A stretch of DNA of 64,000 bases from NCBI GenBank assembly GCA_951406725.2, contig OX597824.1:90768001-90832000 (forward strand), given 5' to 3'. The translations under genes were made by a program, and so were the position numbers. The notes beneath the pieces are model-generated. The model saw only the letters and a program-made list of their open reading frames with translations. It searched no databases and had not been told where the DNA came from. This document shows, one piece after another, positions 58,738 to 64,000 of this stretch (position 1 is the first letter of the stretch; every line of letters starts with the position of its first letter). This DNA is from Octopus vulgaris. Its lineage: Eukaryota.

Positions 58738-59921
58738 GTTGTAATGACAATAATAATCGTTGGATGGAATTTATAAATATTTTAATGCATCGCTACGCGC
58801 GTTTCCACAAATCACACGTTTCTTAGGATCATAGTCCGTATTCCTGGGATGGTTACAATGTAGTCCGTATTATCCGTGGGCATCGGGTGGATCATCTTCA
58901 TGGATTGATTTTTTCAAGTGAAATAGCAGTAATGAATGTTTAACGGTGGTGGTGGCGGTGGTGGTGGTGGTGGGTTGTTTATTCCTTTTGTCCAGTGGGA
59001 AAGTCGATTGTGTATTTGGTGTGGAGGAGGGAAAGGTGAGGGAAAGATAGGAAGGAACGATAGCTATATGGCGATGAACGTCTGTGTCGTGATGTTGGAC
59101 GTATTTCGATGTTCATTCAGCAGATGTCAAGGATGGGTAATACATTCCTTGGTTCGAACTAACTTCAATGAAGACTGCCACTCCAGCCACTCCAGCCACC
59201 AGCCGTTGGAGTTCATTGTCGGAACTGACAAATGATACTTTCTTAGGGTGACCTTTTAATTATTTCTGGTGGCACAATAGTATACTGTATAGCATCCTAA
59301 ACGTTGGCTGATTTGTTTATTTTTTTGTGTTCCTTCCTTGTTCTATAATATGCTAAGGGCATATTATCCTACATTACATACGTAGAGCTCGATTCAATCC
59401 AAAATCACTGGTCCACCAGTCAGCATCATTAAATTGTGGCCGGCATAATGGAATAGGAGCTTTATTTGTTTATATCCAAAACGTTTCCCGTAAACAAATT
59501 TAAAAGGTAATTGCTTGAAATACGAGACTAGAAAAACAGCAAACAACTGATGAAGGGTCGTTCTTTGTTTTGTTTTCCATTTGTGTCTTTCGTTGTTCGA
59601 AAGAATAATTCATATTCCATGTACACCGTGCTTCGTACTTTTTTGTTGTACACGTTTCATGACGTCCTGTGCCCACACGAACATATATATTTAATGTAGG
59701 ATAAAATTGTTTTTCGAAAAGAAAATTTTATCAATGGCCAGTATATTAAAAAATACCTTTAAAGGTTAAAATTATAAACAACTTATAAATAGGGGCAAAC
59801 GAAAAAATTTCTAATGCCAAATATGCTAAAAATTGGACATATTGTCCATTACCATATAATTTATCACAATACGCACGCTACTCGAAAAAAAGCCGACAGA
59901 AATTTCTAAAAAATTCCATTA

Positions 59922-59981
59922 TTACCATATCGGACCGATTTCAGGGTTAGTTCGTAAGAACCTTCCCTTCGTCAGCGATAA
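59922..59981 (-). ncRNA. Type I hammerhead ribozyme, intact core
   Basis: Minus strand TTATCG-CTGACGA-AGGG aa GGTTC ttac GAACT aa CCCT-GAA-ATCGGtCCGAT-A-TGGTAA: all three helices pair (helix I with G-U pairs), AUA cleavage triplet. Confidence 0.8.
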
Positions 59982-60003
59982 AAGCGTGCGTATTGTGATA
60001 AGT

Positions 60004-60051
<48 letters not shown>

Positions 60052-60514
60052 TAGATAGATAGATAGATATATGTACATATGCGTATGTATATATGCATAT
60101 ATATATATATTTATATATATATACATACATACACACATACATACACACACACACACACGTATCTATATTTCCCAGCATGAAACCTCGGCATGCAATGAAC
60201 TCCATACGATAGAAAAGAATAGATACAAACATTAGATTTTAGTTTAATCGAAATCATTCAATGTCGCCGAGAAACATCTTGGAAGAAAATCCAGCACGCT
60301 ATCCGCAACCTACTTCAATTACGTGGGTTTCATGTTTAATATTGTATACTGTGGCGTCTAGAATAGGACTTGCCTTCTCACGTACGTAGAGATACACACG
60401 CATATCTATGAATGTTCTTATACGCACATGCGCTTATACAAGCGTGTATATATACCTTGTGTGTCAATTATTTTGATGTCTAATTCTATTGCTGTGATGT
60501 ACATGTTTTGTTTA

Positions 60515-60561
<47 letters not shown>

Positions 60562-60811
60562 GCGAAAATTCTATTTCCTCGCGGCTCGAGTTTCCTGAGA
60601 CTGCGATCATCAGGCGTAAAGTTTTTTACTGTACGCGATATGTATTGAGTTCTCTCCCCTCTTCTCGCTCTACTTCTCTACTCTTCTCGCTCTACTTCTC
60701 TACTCTTCTTCCTCTCTCTCTCTCTCTCTCTCTGTACGTTTCCTTCTGACTCTTTATAGCAACCTTGTCTATTTTTCTGTCCTCTCAGCCTTTCTTTAAT
60801 TTTGCTTCTGA

Positions 60812-60854
<43 letters not shown>

Positions 60855-61578
60855 CAAGAATTGTTATGAACGTGGGATCAAAGAAGGGGCAGAAAGGTGG
60901 CACCAAACAGTGCAACACAATGGCGTCTGCTTTGAATGCTTGGCGGCCTTTGTTGTAACTTGACGAACAAGAGCAACAAAGTTACCAAACCTTTTGACTC
61001 AGCACAATACTTAGAGACACAGTATGAGTCTATGTGTGTGTCTGAGACATAGTGAAAGAGAGAGGGGGGAAGAAAAAGCAGTGATTCTAATAAGCATATC
61101 TTCTCATACATGCTTATATTTGATTTAGAAAGAAACCGTATTTTTTTGGTATATAAGAAACTTTTCCAAAAACAAAAATTATCAAAAGAAAAAAAAATTA
61201 TCCTGGGCCCCATCTTTCCCCTCAACTATACGCCGTTGAACTGGCATGCGTCTAATGTACCCGGGTGTCGTTAATGTGATCAAATACGGTATTTCTCTGT
61301 AAGACAGAGGTTGTAAGGGAGATCACACAGGTATATGGGAGTATCTATAAGTGTCAAGTTTTGTTTAGCGAATAATTCGGATTTAGATCAATGTAACAAC
61401 TACATCATTAATAATGATCCGCCTTAGGAGTTCATTTATGGTCACCCAATCTGCTAGAAATAGTAGCCGAATCTCTTAAATTTCACTGTTCATTTAAAAA
61501 GGAAAGAAAACCCATAGTGGACAATATTAGTCCCATATTACAACCACCACCACCACCACCACCACCACCACCACTACC

Positions 61579-61628
<50 letters not shown>

Positions 61629-61776
61629 AACTACTACTGCTAGAATAATTCACTGGCTACAACAACAATAACAAGAATACAATTTAAAACTAATTATTAA
61701 AACTAATTATTAAAACATAAAATAACTAATACTTCTTCGTCCCCTAAATTATTAACTTCTCCTCAATTTATTTCAG

Positions 61777-62060
61777 GTCAAGAGGGAGCCTTCAAAAAAT
61801 TGAAGACTGAAGGTGGCACAGTGAGCAGCGGAAGTACCGTGAGCAGTATGGGAACAAGTTCAGGTCTAGGTAGTGGAGTACAGCACGGTAGTGCTACAAC
61901 GGGCACATGTCCAACACCGGCCCGACGGAGGCACCGGACGACCTTCACGCAAGAACAACTACAAGAACTAGAGGCAGCCTTTGCCAAAAGCCATTATCCG
62001 GATATCTATTGCAGAGAGGAATTAGCAAGAATCACAAAACTAAACGAAGCCCGTATACAG
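61777..62060 (+). CDS. Prop1: Internal coding exon of a paired-like (PRD class) homeobox gene, Prop/unc-42 family; homeodomain up to about residue 46
   Basis: Acceptor tttcag|G at 61776/61777 after a pyrimidine-rich tract; donor CAG|GTAATA at 62060/62061. Translation (x)[11 protein letters not shown]...[46 protein letters not shown], which I recognise as close to C. elegans UNC-42 and Drosophila CG32532. The intron falls at the conserved PRD-class position just before VWFQNRR. Other exons were not identified. Confidence 0.92.
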
Positions 62061-62085
62061 GTAATATCATTCTTTTTAATTATAC

Positions 62086-62470
62086 GGCGGCGAGATGGCA
62101 GAAACGTTAGTACGCCGGGCGAAATGCGTAGCCGTATTTCGTCTGCTGTTACGTATTCAGTTCAAATTCCGCCTTTCATATTTTCGGGATCAATAAATTA
62201 AGTACCAGTTACGTACTGGGGTCTATGTAATCGACTTAATCCGTTTGTCTGTCCTTGTTCGTCCTCTCTGTGTGTTTAGCCCCTTGTTTGTCCTCTCTGT
62301 GTTTAGTTCTGAGTTCAAATTCTGCCGAGGTCGACTTTGCCTTCCATTCTTTCGGGGTCGATAAATTAAGTACCAGTTACGCACTGGGGTCGATGTAATC
62401 GACTTAATCAGTTTGTCTCTCCTTGCTTTCCCCCTCTGAGTTTAGCCCCTTGTGGGTAGTAAAGAAATAG
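62086..62470 (+). mobile_element. tRNA-derived SINE family A (Nin-domain-like), internally duplicated, 23-bp TSD
   Basis: GGCGGCGAG.TGGCAGAAACGTTAG head, GAGTTCAAATTC B box, TTCGGGGTCGATAAATTAAGTACCAG core; TSD 62059-62081 / 62469-62491. Confidence 0.9.
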
Positions 62471-62877
62471 GTAATATCATTCTTTTTAATTTTGGCGCAA
62501 GGCCAGCCATTTTGAGGGGAGGGGCGATTTGATTATATCGACCCTGATACTTAACTGATATTTATTTCATCGTGTCCTAAAGATAAACTCGACCTCGGTG
62601 GAATTTGAACTTAGTACGTAATGAGTCGGATGAAATGCTACTAAGCATTTCGTCCGGCGTGCTAACCATCTGTGGGTCGACTTCTGTAAATAATCCTTTC
62701 TACTATAGGCAAAAGGCCCGAAATTTGGAGGAGGGAACTATTGACTGGGACTTACTTTCTCACAGAAACGGAGGGTGCTAACCGATGGAGTGTGTGGGTA
62801 CCAAAAACCTATTTTCATAAATAAACTGATACAGTAATGAAATCGTCCAACTCAGTGACGGATCGTTGTTCATTAAC

Positions 62878-62971
<94 letters not shown>

Positions 62972-63767
62972 CAAAATAATGGTGAAAAACGTATACAGCA
63001 ACTGACGAAAATTATGTCTTTAGTCACAAGATCTGTCTTCATTATTTTTTATGTGGGACCTGGTGCTTTCCAGATGAAATCTTTTCTGTTGGTGCTGTTG
63101 ATTATCCAAGCGGTTGGTATCCTCAGCCAAACCGGAGAACAGGAGGGACGAGTGTGGAGACTGTTCGGTATCTTATGATCAAGATATGAATAGACCTTAC
63201 TGGGATGATTTTCTTTACTATTTTACACGCACACAAGCTGTCTCATGATTCAACAAATTCCGATAATCCCCAGTACTCAGTTACTCCTTGTTACTCATAC
63301 TAACTGAAATACTTCATCAGACGCAGAAACGTAGTTACTCTGAGTAAATGAGTTCAGGCTGAGTATATGGTAATGGCGCTAATATGAAGCTAAATGCAGT
63401 CACGGGATCGTTGCTGCCTGACTGGTTGCTCTGAGCAGCACTACATACACGAGTCTTTACATTGGCCAAACCGGATCAACTAAAAGAACTGAGATAAAAG
63501 CTTTTTCAAATCAAAGGAAGAACAAAACAATTTATGGCTAATTTAATTAGGTTGGCAGAATGGCAACGACTCTCTATATTTTGAGTTCAATCCTTGCCGA
63601 GGTCAACTTTGCAGGTCATCTGTCCGGGGTATATAAAACAATACAGTACAATATTTACAAATACATATATATACGTATACAAATATATAACTAAATATGT
63701 ATATCTAGATATATGTAATATATATGAATACATACATGTATATATATACAATATATTTATGAATACA

Positions 63768-63848
<81 letters not shown>

Positions 63849-63885
63849 CAAATACATACATATACGTATACAAAAAATATATAGC

Positions 63886-63957
<72 letters not shown>

Positions 63958-64000
63958 CATGTATATATGTAAGTGTGTATACATGCGAATGCGTAATGTA

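Noticed and set aside
62061-62201. Continuation of the homeobox ORF ([11 protein letters not shown]...)
   Set aside because: Read-through into intron and SINE past the conserved donor; WFQNRR is missing.

Overview
AT-rich, microsatellite-saturated animal genomic DNA; the SINE repertoire and repeat landscape suggest Octopus (inference). The only host protein-coding sequence I can support is one internal exon (61777-62060, +) of a PRD-class homeobox gene of the Prop/unc-42 family, so the rest is upstream or intronic DNA. It holds many tRNA-derived SINEs, a cluster of R4/Dong-like LINE fragments in (TAA)n, RTE, CR1-like and Penelope (PLE) remnants, Helitron-like elements and several long inverted repeats. 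Most ORFs in the track are microsatellite artefacts. Main hidden signal: a dispersed set of sequence-divergent type I hammerhead ribozyme motifs with palindromic helix III, in short non-coding AT-rich modules next to (TA)n. Three have intact cores (39146, 50777, 59922) and about five are decayed. Also notable: a SINE whose target-site duplication copied the homeobox splice donor, and an apparent GGTA/GTAA start shared by that family's TSDs.
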